A stretch of DNA of 64,000 bases, from positions 372,001 through 436,000 of the forward strand of contig JAIVFI010000029.1 in assembly GCA_025558095.1 (NCBI GenBank), read 5' to 3'. Below, piece by piece: positions 11,669 through 22,867 of this stretch. The notes under the pieces are model-generated. The model did not search any database, was not told the DNA's origin, and saw only the letters and a program-made list of their open reading frames with translations. The DNA is from Hyaloraphidium curvatum SAG 235-1. Lineage: Eukaryota; Fungi; Monoblepharomycota. Numbering within the stretch: position 1 is the first letter of the stretch; every line of letters starts with the position of its first letter. The position numbers and the translations under genes are program-made.

Positions 11669-14255
11669 CTACAGGTCCCACAAGTACTCCTCCTTGCCGA
11701 TCGAGCCGTACTCGAGCAGCAGCAGGAACATGTAGCTCTGCATGTCCTCGTACCGCAGCCTCCTCCTCGCCAGCTCCCTCGCCCTCTCCCCCACCCTCTT
11801 TGCCTCGAACCGCCCCTCGTCCGTCCCGCTGGCCCACCGTATCGTCCTCTCGAGATCGGAGAGGTCCATCCGCACGGGGATCCAGTGCTCGTAGGCGCGG
11901 AACCAGCCCGAGAACCACTCCCGGAAGACGCCGGCGTGGAGCACGAGCGAGTTGGACCAGAGGAACTGCTGGAAGCGCTGCGACCACGCATTGCCGTCCA
12001 GGTCGATGAGGTACTTGACCCCCCAATGCCTAAACGCGGGAGCGTGAGAAAAGGGGGGGCGGCGCGCTCCCGCCGCGCGGCACCCACTTGGACCAGTACT
12101 CCTGCTCCGGCACCGTCAGGTTCTCGGTCCCGCGCTTGTACTCCTTGACCAGCAGGCCCTCGTAGTACCTGTGCGCGAGATCGCACACGCTGGGCTCGAA
12201 CCCCTCGTCCCACCCCTCCGGATCCCCCAGCACGTCCTTGGCCGCCGGATCCTCCCTCGCGCTCCCGGGCGACTCGTCGCACTGCTTCACCCCCGTCAGG
12301 AAGATGTCGAAGTACACGCTCCCCGGCGCGCCCTCCCCGTCCCACATCGCCTTGCCCTCGGGCACGGGGATCGACACCCTCCTGCCGGCCCAGTTCTTGA
12401 TCAGCCGCTGCCGGTGGAACCGCCGCCAGTCGCGGCCGCCGGCGATCCACCCGCCCGTGGTGGTGCCGCGCCAGTAGACCCGCTCGGCCTTGCGCTCCCA
12501 CGCGGGCTGCGCGTCCCAGCCCCAGGGGTAGGAGCCGTAGGTGAGCGCGGCGTAGGAGGGGAGGGTGATGTCGGCGAAGCACTGGCGGGGCTTGGCGCCC
12601 CCGAATATGGGGAGCAGCACGCGGTGCGGCGTGTCTCTCGGGTAGTGCGGGAAGGGGAAGGGTTTGTGCCCGCGGAGCTTCTCGGCGGCGGCCCAGTACT
12701 CGGGCGTCGAAGCGTTGAGCATCGGCACCCGCCGCGGGGTGAGGTCCACGAAGGCCAGGGTGGTCGGGCCGAGGAAGAACCCGTGGTCGTCGACGCCGTC
12801 GACGCAGCCCATGGCCTTGGCCTCTGCGGTCCAGTCCTGCCACGCCGGCTCCAGCCCCGAAACCAGGTCGCGGAACACGTCGTCGCTGGTCCTGTTGGCC
12901 AGCGTGTCCAGCAGCGCGGCCTCGTCGTCGGACATGGGCGGCCCCTCGAGGAAGTCGTCCAGGCGGGCAAACATCCGCGGCTCGTCGTAGAAGTTGAAGG
13001 GCACGTCCATGTCGGGCAGGGCGTAGGCAAAGGGGTCGATGAGGGGCGGGTACACCTCCTTCATCCAGTCGAGGATGGGCGGCTCGTCGTCCGTCGCGTT
13101 GGACGGCTGCGCCATGCGGCCCTGCGGGGGGGTATCGAAGGCGTCGGCGGTGGCGTTGGGCGCCGACGGCGAGCGCGGCGGCCGGTCGTTGTTGTTGAAG
13201 GGCGAGTAGTCGGCGTCGGGCGGGGAAGCAAACACGGGCTCGGCCGCGTCGGGGGCCTCCTCCTCGCCGTCCGGCGTGTCCGGCGGGACGGGATCCGCCA
13301 GGATGGGATCCCGCGGCTCGGAATCAGGCGGCGCGGGGGGTATACCGTCGTCCGGCGGCGGCTCGGGGTCGACGGGCGCGCGCTTGCGCAGGCGGGGCGC
13401 CGCCTTCTCGTCCTTTTCCTCCCCGTCCCTTCTCCGCTTCCCCTTCTTGCCCTTTTTCATGGGCTTTTCCCCGCGCTTGGCCGCCTCCCGCGCCGCGCGC
13501 GCCTCGATCTCGAATTCCGAGGTGTAGTCCATGATGGTCTTGCCGCCGCGGATCTTTATGCCGTAGATGTGCGGGTACCGGTCGATGATGCCCGCGGCGG
13601 CCTTTTTGAGGGCCTCGGGCCTGCCGGCGTAGAACCGCCTGTACGGCTCCAAATCCTCGTCGATGAGGCCGTAGTCGTCCACCTCGCAGTTCCTGTCCGC
13701 CGCCCAGCGGACAAACTCGTCGTAGCCCTTTGGCGGCAGCCTGCCCCCGTGCGCCGCCACGTAGCGTGCCGTGTGCAGGCGCGTCAGGGCGCGGTAGTAC
13801 GTTTCGGAGCCGCGCGGGGGCAGCGGGTCCGGCGCGTCAGCGGCGATCAGCGCGTGCAGCCGCGCGTGAGCGAGCCGGCGCAGGCCGGCGACCGGCGGTT
13901 TGTAGACGCCCAGCAGGCCCTTTTGCGGGTGCGGCGGGTCGACCTCGTGCGGGTCGAGGAAGAGCAGCTCGAAGTCGCGCAGCGGGGCCGGCGACAGCGC
14001 GACCGAGGCCGACAGCGCGGCGAGCGCGGCGCGCAGCCCGGCGGGCCTCCTCTGCCAGCCGGCGCCGTCGTGCGCGATGCCCCGGCCGGCGGAGGACAGG
14101 TCGCGCAGCACTGCGCCGCACAGCAATAGGGCGAGGGCGGCACACCCCGTCAGCAGCGTCCGCACGACCTTGCGCGTGAGGCCGAGCGGGCGGCGCGGGC
14201 ACACGCGGCGGCGCACGCGGCCCTCGGCCCCCGGCAGCACGCCGTCGTCGGCCAT
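11669..14255 (-). CDS. GT90/CAP10-like glycosyltransferase (xylosyltransferase family)
   Basis: GRLPPKGYDEFV, LPDMDVPFNFYDEPR, WERK..VYWRGTTTGG, HRQRL; after an intron (~12030-12088) KYLIDLDGNAWSQRF, YEDMQSYMFLLLLEY. Confidence 0.9.
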
Positions 14256-14408
14256 CCCCGGCAGGCGGCCCACAAACTCCCAATGTAGGTCCTAGAGGGC
14301 TCCCCTCTCCCGCCCAGGCCTCCGCATGCCCCGTCAATCTACAACGTGGACGTGCGGACCAATCCCTTCTCCTGCCGCAGCGGCGTCTGCGGGTGTCGCC
14401 CGACGACG

Positions 14409-16628
14409 ATGGCGCCGTTCGGGCGGCTGCTGGCCTTCGCGGTCCTCGCGGCGGCGGCGCTGTTTTTCGCGTGGGCGCGCTTCGGCGACTCGGCCGTCGA
14501 CCGGACGCGCACGCGGCTCAGCGACGCGCTGCGGACCACAGAGGACGCGGCTCGCGCGGGGGGCGACTCGCCGGACGACGATGGGGACCGGACAGATGCC
14601 GCGGCCGGCGATGGGAGCGGCGACGGGGCGCCCGCACAGTGCCCGGAGTGCCCGCCGCCGCCTCCGCCCCCGCCGTGCCCGCCGCCCGCCGCTCCAAACG
14701 CGACCGCTCCCCCCCAACAACCACCGGAGCAGCGTGCAGAGGCACCGCTGGACGTGCTCGTCGACCACTACCTGCACAAGACGGGCCCGCCCTACTCCTC
14801 GTCGAAGAACACGTTCGAGTACGACGACGCGCCGCCCGTGTCGCCGTGGTGGGAGTACGCACAGGCGCGGACAGAGTTCCCCAACTGCGACCGCGTCGGC
14901 CTGCGCGCCAACGACGCCGCCGGCCAGGGCGAGGAGGAGGACTGGGAGCAGCCGCGCCGCGCCGAGATCGAGCGGCGCCGCGCCGCAAACGAGCCCATGC
15001 CGTTCCGCGGCAACGACGACACCATGCTGCCCAACCTGTACGACGTGTTCATGTGGCACAACGAGCTCGACTTTCTGGAGGTCCGCCTCAACGAGCTCGA
15101 GCCCGTGGTCAACGGGTTCGCCGTCGCCGACGCCAATCTCACCTTCACCCTCCGACCCAAGACCTCCCTCCTCACCCCCGCGCTCCTCACCGACCCGCGC
15201 TTCTCCTCCTTTGCCGACCGCATCGTGCACCTCTCCCTGGACATCTCCAACGTCTCCTCGGACGACACGTGGGAGCGCGAACGCCACACCCGCCGCGAAT
15301 CCCTCCGCAGCGCCGTGGAACGCTTCCGCCCCCTCCCCGGCGACCTCTTCATCACCGGCGACGGCGACGAATTCGTCCGCTCCTCCACCCTGAACCGCCT
15401 ACGCCGCTGCAAGGGCTGGAAGTCCCCGCGCACCCTGCGCTCCTCCTTCTTCTACTTCTCCTTCGAATCCCGCGCCGACTTCGACTGGCCCGGCCCCTCC
15501 CTGCACCGCCACCCCGCGCTGCCCCCCTGGCCCGACGGCGAGAGCATGCGCGTGGGCGTGGACCGCTCCCCCGCCGGCGAGCGCGCGGCGGGGTGGCACT
15601 GCTCGTGGTGCCTGGGCTCCGTGGCCGCGCTGGCGGACAAGATGCGGAGCTATTCGCACACGGAGCACGATACACCGCATTTCACGGACCCCAGGCACAT
15701 CGTCTCGTCCATCCTGCTGCGGAGGGATCCGTTCGACAGGGACGGGCACAACTACCTCCCCCTGCGCGTGCCCGTCGACGCCTCGGACGCCCGCGGGGCC
15801 GACGAGAGGCTGGTCGACATGCCGTCGTACCTCGCGCTCAGGAGGCCGCCGCACCTGGTGCACTTCTGGGACCGGTGGGCGTGGGCGCGCAACGAGGGGT
15901 ACGACCCGGCGGAGATCGTGAGGAGCGACCACGGGGAGTTTGCAGAGTTCGAGAGGGGGGAGAAGGAGCGGGAGCGGAGGGAGGATGCGGAGAGGAGGGC
16001 GGCGGAGGAGAAGGATAAGAGGGAGAAGGAGGAGGCGGAGAAGGCGGCCAAGGCGGGCGAGGAGCGCGGTGGGGGGGAGGGGGGGAAGGAGGGCGGGGAG
16101 GCGGACGGCGCAAAGGAGGAGGAGGCGCCGCAGGACGGGGCGGAGGCGGGTCACGTGGACGTTGCGCCGCCGGTCGACGACGGGAAGCCGGCGGAGGAGG
16201 GGCCGGTGGACGCAGTTGCCGGCGACGGGCGAGGTGAAGGGGGCGGCGACGAGGCACCCGAACACGGCGATCGGGCAGAGGACGGCGATCGGAGGGACGA
16301 GCGGACGCCGGAGGACGGAGATGCGGGCGCGGACGCGGAAGGTGCTCAGCAGGAGGGCGCGCCTCGGCCGGCGGGAGACAAGGACGCGGAGGACGAGGCG
16401 GCGTCGACGGCGGCGGCGGAGGCGTTGGCGTCGACCGCGGCGATCGCGGCCAAGACGGCCGCGGTGGCTCCGACAGCCTTCGCGAGAACGCGCCCGCGGG
16501 GACTGTCGCGGGCAACGGGGTCGGGGATCGTCGGCAAGACGAGCCCGTCTGGCACGCAGAAGGTGCGGCCAAAGAGGACTGCGGTCGCCGGGAAGGCGAG
16601 CAAGAAGAGCACGATACCAACCGCGTAA
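14409..16628 (+). CDS. GT17 (MGAT3-like beta-1,4-GlcNAc transferase) family protein with acidic tail
   Basis: LYDVFMWHNELDFLEVRLNEL, ANLTFT..PK, DLFITGDGDE, FFYFSF, AGWHCSWC, KMRSYSHTE. Confidence 0.9.
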   Translation: MAPFGRLLAFAVLAAAALFFAWARFGDSAVDRTRTRLSDALRTTEDAARAGGDSPDDDGDRTDAAAGDGSGDGAPAQCPECPPPPPPPPCPPPAAPNATAPPQQPPEQRAEAPLDVLVDHYLHKTGPPYSSSKNTFEYDDAPPVSPWWEYAQARTEFPNCDRVGLRANDAAGQGEEEDWEQPRRAEIERRRAANEPMPFRGNDDTMLPNLYDVFMWHNELDFLEVRLNELEPVVNGFAVADANLTFTLRPKTSLLTPALLTDPRFSSFADRIVHLSLDISNVSSDDTWERERHTRRESLRSAVERFRPLPGDLFITGDGDEFVRSSTLNRLRRCKGWKSPRTLRSSFFYFSFESRADFDWPGPSLHRHPALPPWPDGESMRVGVDRSPAGERAAGWHCSWCLGSVAALADKMRSYSHTEHDTPHFTDPRHIVSSILLRRDPFDRDGHNYLPLRVPVDASDARGADERLVDMPSYLALRRPPHLVHFWDRWAWARNEGYDPAEIVRSDHGEFAEFERGEKERERREDAERRAAEEKDKREKEEAEKAAKAGEERGGGEGGKEGGEADGAKEEEAPQDGAEAGHVDVAPPVDDGKPAEEGPVDAVAGDGRGEGGGDEAPEHGDRAEDGDRRDERTPEDGDAGADAEGAQQEGAPRPAGDKDAEDEAASTAAAEALASTAAIAAKTAAVAPTAFARTRPRGLSRATGSGIVGKTSPSGTQKVRPKRTAVAGKASKKSTIPTA

Positions 16629-16707
16629 CGGTATACCATCAATTACATCATCAATCAATCACTGCATTCCATTGCTTTCCCGACGGCAGCTCGGTGGACG
16701 GCGTCGG

Positions 16708-16798
16708 CGCGCGCGGCGCTCAGGGGTTCGGCACCGCCGGGCCCCGGGAGCTCCGTCCCGCAGCTTTGGCCCGGCGCGCTTCATGCGGCGCCACGCGC
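16708..16798 (-). promoter_or_regulatory. SECIS element (type II) in the 3' UTR of the AhpC/PRXL2C-like gene
   Basis: Minus strand reads CGCGTGGCGC-CGC-ATGAA-GCGCGCCGGGCC-AAA-GCTG-CGGGA-CGGAGC-TCCCG-G-GGCCCGGCGGTGC-CGAA-CCCCTGA-GCGCCGCGCG. This gives helix I, an AUGA/GA core, a 12-bp helix II, unpaired AAA and an apical mini-stem. Confidence 0.9.
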
Positions 16799-16825
16799 TG
16801 CCTCAGCCGTCCACCGCGCCCCGCC

Positions 16826-17751
16826 CTACTTCCTGCTCCCGCGGTGCGCCTCGGCCGCGGCCTGCTCCTCGGGCGTCATCTCGTCCCACCACTTGAAGAC
16901 GCCGGCCTCCTTCCAGTCCTTGATCCCCACGGCCTCGAGGAGCACCGGAATCGGCGCATGATCCGCGTTGAACCTGCCGCCCCGTCAGCCTCTTCCCGAC
17001 CGCGCGCGCGCCTCGCCCACCTGTCAAAGTGCACGAACGAGCACTCCCTCTTCCCCGGCCCCAGCACAAACGCCCCGCCCTGCTGCCTCGGATCCCCCTG
17101 CACCCCCTCCGTCACCCCCTTGAAGAACCCCAACGCCCACGCCGCCGGCACGGTCGTCCTCACGTGCCGCGAGGCAACCTTCCACTCGAGCTTGCTGTCG
17201 AAGACGAAGTTGAAGTCCAGCGCCTTGTACAGCTCGCGGGACGGGTCCGAGTACATGGGGAGGGAGAAGCCGGTGGAGGCGACGAACTTGCGAACGGCCC
17301 ATGCAGGGGCGGGGGTGACGACGATCTGTGGTCCGACGAGAGTGGTGGAGCGGCTGCGGGAGGCGAATCGCGGCAGAGAACCCACGATGGAGACGTGCCG
17401 CTCCCTCAGGATTACTTTGTCGACCCGGTCGAGGTCGAGAAAGTAATCCCTGGTGGGTGGCGAGAGGGCCAGCCGAACCAGAACAATGGGGAAGGAGAAG
17501 ACACCCCGTCAGCGCCCTCCCATCGCCCCGATTTCCGCCCATTCCCACCGGCACACGTATCACAGGAGATTCCGACCGAAGATTACGATCGATTTCACGC
17601 CGGGTTTGGTGTAGAGGTTGCCGAAACGGACCGGTGCGCCGGAGGGCTGTCCGTCCGCGCTCGGCTCCCCCGCGAACGGGTCGATGAGGGGGAGGTCCTC
17701 GACCTGCTCGAAAGGGAAGAGGGAGGGGTCGGAGAATTGGTGGCTCGCCAT
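16826..17751 (-). CDS. Selenoprotein: peroxiredoxin-like 2C/AAED1-type (AhpC-TSA) thioredoxin-fold protein with UxxC
   Basis: Exons 17751-17549, 17449-17386, 17325-17021 and 16973-16826. Spliced product: IVIFGRNLL(TGA 17562-17560)YVCRDYFLDL...YSDPSRELYKALDF...GDPRQQGGAFVLGPG..FVHFDRFNADH. SECIS lies downstream. Confidence 0.88.
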
Positions 17752-17870
17752 GGCGGCGGGCCGAGGAGCCGAGCTTGATGGAAGCCCGATGATCGCCGGC
17801 CCCGGCCTCCATCAATCGCCGGCCCGCCGCCGCACCGCACCGCGCTCCGAGGAGCGCGCCTCTGGCGAGC

Positions 17871-19550
17871 ATGGATGCCGCTGCCGCGCTCCCGCAGGCC
17901 TTCTGGTGCGAGTTCCGCGCACACAAACTGTTCTTGACTGCCTCGAGCGAGAAGTTCGCCACCATGTTCTCGTCTGGCATGAAGGAGGCGCGTAGCAGCG
18001 TCGACGAGCCGGTCACGCTACTGGATGTGACTGCTCGCGACGTCACACTCTTCCTAAAGTGGGCATACGAGCGAGCGCTACCGTCTGATCTCGACGCTCT
18101 CGTTGGTCTCCGCCGAATTGGACACATGTGGATGGCGCAGGCCCTGGAAGTGGCCTGCACGCGCGAAATCATGCGCCAGCTCGCGGTACCGTCCATCACT
18201 CCGTCGCTTGAGATACTGTTGTCCCTGGAAGCCCTGTACGACGCGAGTATTCTGTCGGAGGATTGCATCTGGGAATATGTGACGAGATGGGCTGCATGCA
18301 ACGTGCAGGGGACATTCAATTCGCCAAAGTGGCCGAAGCTTGGAGGCCATGCAATTACCACGCTGATGCGGCAGCATCATCTATTCGCTCTTGACGTTCC
18401 AACCCACGCTCTAAAGGCTATTGCTTGCTGGGTGGCCGGGATTCCGTACGATATGTCGAAGCCTTCGTTCGTCATAAGGCAGGGCCAACCCCTGCCACCA
18501 GAGCTCTCTGCTTTGATCACCGCTGGTGGCACTGAATTCGACGTCCTCGAAAGCCGTCGCACCATTGCGCGTGCTGCTCTTCAGCGCGACATGGTTCCGC
18601 TTCTTTGCCAACTTGACTACACAGACATGGCGGCGTTTCTGGCTGCACCACGGTTGCTGGACGACAACTTGATCAGGAATCTGCTCGTGTCGAAGCTGAC
18701 GAGCGCCGCAGACCCCTCCTCCAGTCAAGAGAAGTTGTATCGGTGTGTTCTTGTCGATCATCGAAGTTTGCTTGCCAACACAAACTCTGGAATCGATTAC
18801 TCGGAGCTAGTCATGGAAACGAGTGCGGGGAAGCGCACGTCTCTCCGTTTCTCAGACCAAAAGGCCGGCGATAGGCTCTACTCCCAGGATTGGTCACCTT
18901 TGGAACGTGCACTAGTCGGCTCCTTGTGTCAGCCTTGCTTCATTCCAGGCAGAGGTGGGAACACTATCACCCGCCACCTTCTGGCGCGCGCTGTCCTGGA
19001 GAGGCCGGGAATCCTCTGCTTTGGCATCGTTTTGCGCGCTTTGCATCCTCAATCCAATAGCCTAAGGCCGGATGACGCTATCTTGGCTGTCTTCTTTGGA
19101 CAGGACGGTAGACCTGGCATTGTCATGATGTGCGATCCCAAATCCAGGTCGAGCGTGGTGCTCACCGATGTTGAGGGCGCCTGGAAAAAGGACTTGTTTC
19201 TTGCTTCGTCTGTCTTGCCTTCTCCTCCACAAACACCCCGTGCTGCACGTTCGGCAGGGACGAACGTGCAAGGTGCTACTGCTCCTTGGGATGCGAGCAA
19301 CAAGGAGAGGATGTGTTCCTCACCAGGGGACGTGATTGAGTGGCTGGTGCATGTCCCCGGCGACGGAACGTTGGGAGCTATTGTCAAACTGAACTACAAC
19401 GGGAAGCTTGCATTCAGTGGGACGGTTATGGTTGCTAATGGACGCACACAGGATGTTCAACTGATCTTGACTCGTTTGACCACGAACCTCAAACAACCCC
19501 CTCCCGTTGGGCAGCTGCGCTTTGTGGAAGCAGAAGCGTACCGTACCTGA
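17871..19550 (+). CDS. BTB/POZ (BACK-like) domain protein, intronless
   Basis: EFRAHKLFLTASSEKFATMFSSGMKEA..VTLLDV...FLKWAY; the first BTB strand appears to be missing. Confidence 0.75.
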   Translation: MDAAAALPQAFWCEFRAHKLFLTASSEKFATMFSSGMKEARSSVDEPVTLLDVTARDVTLFLKWAYERALPSDLDALVGLRRIGHMWMAQALEVACTREIMRQLAVPSITPSLEILLSLEALYDASILSEDCIWEYVTRWAACNVQGTFNSPKWPKLGGHAITTLMRQHHLFALDVPTHALKAIACWVAGIPYDMSKPSFVIRQGQPLPPELSALITAGGTEFDVLESRRTIARAALQRDMVPLLCQLDYTDMAAFLAAPRLLDDNLIRNLLVSKLTSAADPSSSQEKLYRCVLVDHRSLLANTNSGIDYSELVMETSAGKRTSLRFSDQKAGDRLYSQDWSPLERALVGSLCQPCFIPGRGGNTITRHLLARAVLERPGILCFGIVLRALHPQSNSLRPDDAILAVFFGQDGRPGIVMMCDPKSRSSVVLTDVEGAWKKDLFLASSVLPSPPQTPRAARSAGTNVQGATAPWDASNKERMCSSPGDVIEWLVHVPGDGTLGAIVKLNYNGKLAFSGTVMVANGRTQDVQLILTRLTTNLKQPPPVGQLRFVEAEAYRT

Positions 19551-19595
19551 CATGTGTATCGCTTGTGTCTATCACCGAGATGCCTACAAATCTCC

Positions 19596-21950
19596 TCACA
19601 GTTTCGCCTTGCCGCCCACTATACTCCCGTAAACCTGCCTATCCAGCGGGACGTACCCGTCGTCCCCGAGGAACCAGAGCGGGTCCTTGACCACCGAGGG
19701 ATCAAAGCCATCGTTCTGCAATTCGAGTTTTCTGTGCTTGAATGTGACCGTTTGCGCCTCGTCCATGGTCTCCTTCAACCGAATGAATCGGGGCACGGCG
19801 TAGGGCGGCAACTTCCGGCGCATGTCTCGGCCGAGGTCGCGCATTGCCTCCGGAATCCGCTCGGGCCGAGCACGGAGGTCGGCGCGCAGGACGATCGCCG
19901 CCATGCCAGCGCGACCGTCGAGGTTGTTGGGCACCTGAAGACCGATAATGTCAGCCAAGATCGAGACTCCGTTCCCCGTCCTCCTGACCTGCACACCGTA
20001 GACATTTGCCTCCTCGACCATCCCGCTTTCCATCAAAGTGTCCCGCACCTCGAACGTGGAAACGTTCTCCCCTTTCCAGCGGTACGTATCGCCGATGCGG
20101 TCGACAAAGTTGACCCATCCGCGCCAGTCCCGGACGAGCAAATCCCCCGTCCTGATCCAGGTGTCGCCCTTGGCCAGCACGTCCTTCACGATCTTCTTCT
20201 TCGAAGCGTCGGGGTTGCCGTAGTACCTAAACGGAAGAACGGTCAGACGAGGAGGCATTCTGCAGGCTTCAAGCAGCTCACCCGTCCCAGTTGCTCTCCT
20301 TGCCCGGCAGCGGCAGCATCCTCCCCAGCATCTCGCCCGGCTCGCCCGCCCCGACCTCGATACAGAACCCGTCGGGCCCGCGGACGAGCTCCTCGGTCAG
20401 GAGATCGATCTTGAACAGCCGGGGGCGCGTTTCCTTGGCCATGTAGCGATAAAGTGGACCCCAGTACCCGACCATGCCGGGTTTGTTCCACACGTTGAGC
20501 GTGAAGGAGGTGCCGTTGCCCTCAGTCGACCCGTAGAGCTCCGCGATCTCAAACGGCCCGAACCGCTTCTGGAAGATCTCCCAGACGTCGGCGCGGATGC
20601 CGTTGCCGAGGCAGGATCGGATCTTGTGCTTGCGGTCGTACGGTGACGGCGGCGAGAGGGCGATGTACTGCGGCAGCAAGGATCAGAGGCGGGAAGACCG
20701 TGATGACGTTCCAGGGTTAGAACTTACGCGAATCAGTTCACCGACGTAGTGGAACTGCAAAAGCATGTCAACGGAGCGTCAAGGTCTGGTTTCCCGGCCA
20801 CGCACCGTCGTTCCGCCCGTCTCCGTCGCGTACTTGGTGAACTGGCTCGCCGAAAACTTCCGCGTGCAGATGAACGGCGTCCCCAGGATCCAAGAGAGCT
20901 GCGACCGAGATGGATCAGAGCCCATATCGAGCCGGTGCAGGAAGCTCGGAAACGGACCTGCAGCATGATGAACGCGCCCGAGTGGAACAGCGGCGCCACG
21001 ACGAACGGCCGGTCCTGGGGGCCGACGATCCCCTGGGCGATCCAGATGAGGTAGCCGCCGAGCATTCGCCCCATGCTGTTGACTGCGGCCTTTGGGAGAC
21101 CGGTGGTGCTGCCAGATAGATGTCAGAACCGCGACGAAGGACGGGATCACGTGTGGCCCACCCCGATGTGTAGATCAGGCACCCGATGCTGTCCATCGTC
21201 AGGTGCGCCCTCATCTCCTTCGGAATGTCCGTCGCCGGCACCAGTCCCCTCAGCTCAGACGATGGCAGCAGCGTGCATGGGAACGGGACCTCCCCCTTTG
21301 CGATGGGAGAGGCCGAGTAGCACACGAGGTTGGTGCCTTTGGCCAGCAGCTCCTCGTGGACCTCGGCGACGATGTCCGCGAGCCTGGGCTCGAAGAAGAG
21401 CACCTTGGAGCCCGAGATGGAGAAGGAATGGCTGAAGGTCTTTCCGCGCTGGTTGTAGTTCTGGAAGGCGACGCCGCAGCCGATCTTCCAGGCGCCGAGG
21501 AGGAAGAAGACAAACTGTGGGAAGAGTTCGTCAGGAGGGCGGTCTTCAGCGCGCCCGACCTGCAGATCGCCCCACCTCGGGCGTGTTCTGGTACAGGGAC
21601 GCGACCAGGTCCCCCGGCTTAACCCCGATCTTGAGCAGGTAGTGCGCGATCCTGCTGCTCTCCTCGTCCGTCTCCCTCCACGTGTACCTCACGATCCCCT
21701 CGGGCCCGGACCCCGGGTTCTCCTGGAAACACAGGTACTCCTCGTCCGGCTTGGCCTTGGCGTGGAGGAGGAACCGCTCGACGTTGGAGATGCGGCCGGC
21801 GGCGAGCTCCCGCTCCACGAAGGCCTGCGAGAACTTGGCCGCGTTGAGGGTGCGGAGGTCGCGGCGGATGCCGAGGACCTGGTCGTCCAGGACGTAGGCG
21901 CCCGCGAGGGCCGCGGCGGCGCCCAGGGCCGCTGTGGCGAGGTCGGGCAT
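19596..21950 (-). CDS. Fatty acid transport protein / very-long-chain acyl-CoA synthetase (FATP/Fat1-like), PTS1 AKL
   Basis: IYTSG|TTGLPK, PLFHS, ELYGSTEGN, WIRTGDLL, FVDRIGDTYRWKGENVSTFEV, PYAVPRF; ends GKAKL. Confidence 0.93.
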
Positions 21951-22867
21951 GTTGGAAAGGGGCGGGAGGCGTGCAGAGGGGCCGACAAAGTGCGGGCGGG
22001 TTGGGGGCAAGCGGAGAGGCCGACGAAGCGCTTCGGCGCGGAGAGAGAACTAAAGGGCTCGGAAGACGCGCGCCTGGATGTCGATTCGCGCTGCAAGAGC
22101 CGGGAAGGGGACGGGAGACGCGCGGTCGGATTCAGCAGTGCCGACAACCGCCTTTGCCACCGCAATCAAAGCTCGTCCCCCGTTTGCCTCCAAGTCGCCC
22201 CACCAGATTTATACCAAGCAGCAGCATGGGCTGCTTGCACCTCTTTCCGTGAAGATCAAGTCACGTTTGCGAGGCGGCGGTCGGGACGATGGATTTGGAT
22301 TGGTCGCCAGAAGAGTGCCACATCGCGGACGCCACATCCCTGTCGCCCGCGAGATCTCTCGCAGCCACCATGTAAGTAGTCCGCTGCAGCAGGAATTGTC
22401 GTGGAATGTGAAATCGGTGTATCGGAGGCCGACTTCGCGCCCTACAGCGTAACTATGTAAGATTCGGTGGTCTGTTCGGCAGGCATCCCGATTGGTAGAC
22501 CGCTACAGTACGCGAATCGTGCACCGGAGCTCGTCTGCCTGCCGATCATTTCCGATCCGGGGTCCGATGGCCGCCCCGGCGCGTACAGCGGGGCGTGCTC
22601 GGGGACGGCCATTTTGGGTCCTCATCATGCAGTGCACGTGGTCACGGCGCCCCCCATTCACGGAACGCCGAAGCACTCCGCCCGACCTCCCCGCACGCAC
22701 GCCGTCGGGGTCCGCCGACGGCCGGGCGCGCTCAGCGCACCGTGCGAAAGACGGCGCGGGCGCGAGAAGGCCGGATCAGCGCGGGGCAGCTGTGCCGTGC
22801 GGGCCCGAACGCGCGTCCCCGCGGCTGATCTCGCGGGCGGATCTCTCGCTCGGCCGACCGCCGCGCG

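Noticed and set aside
9947-16896. Many long overlapping Arg/Pro/Ala-rich ORFs
   Set aside because: Alternative-frame artefacts of very high GC3 coding sequence
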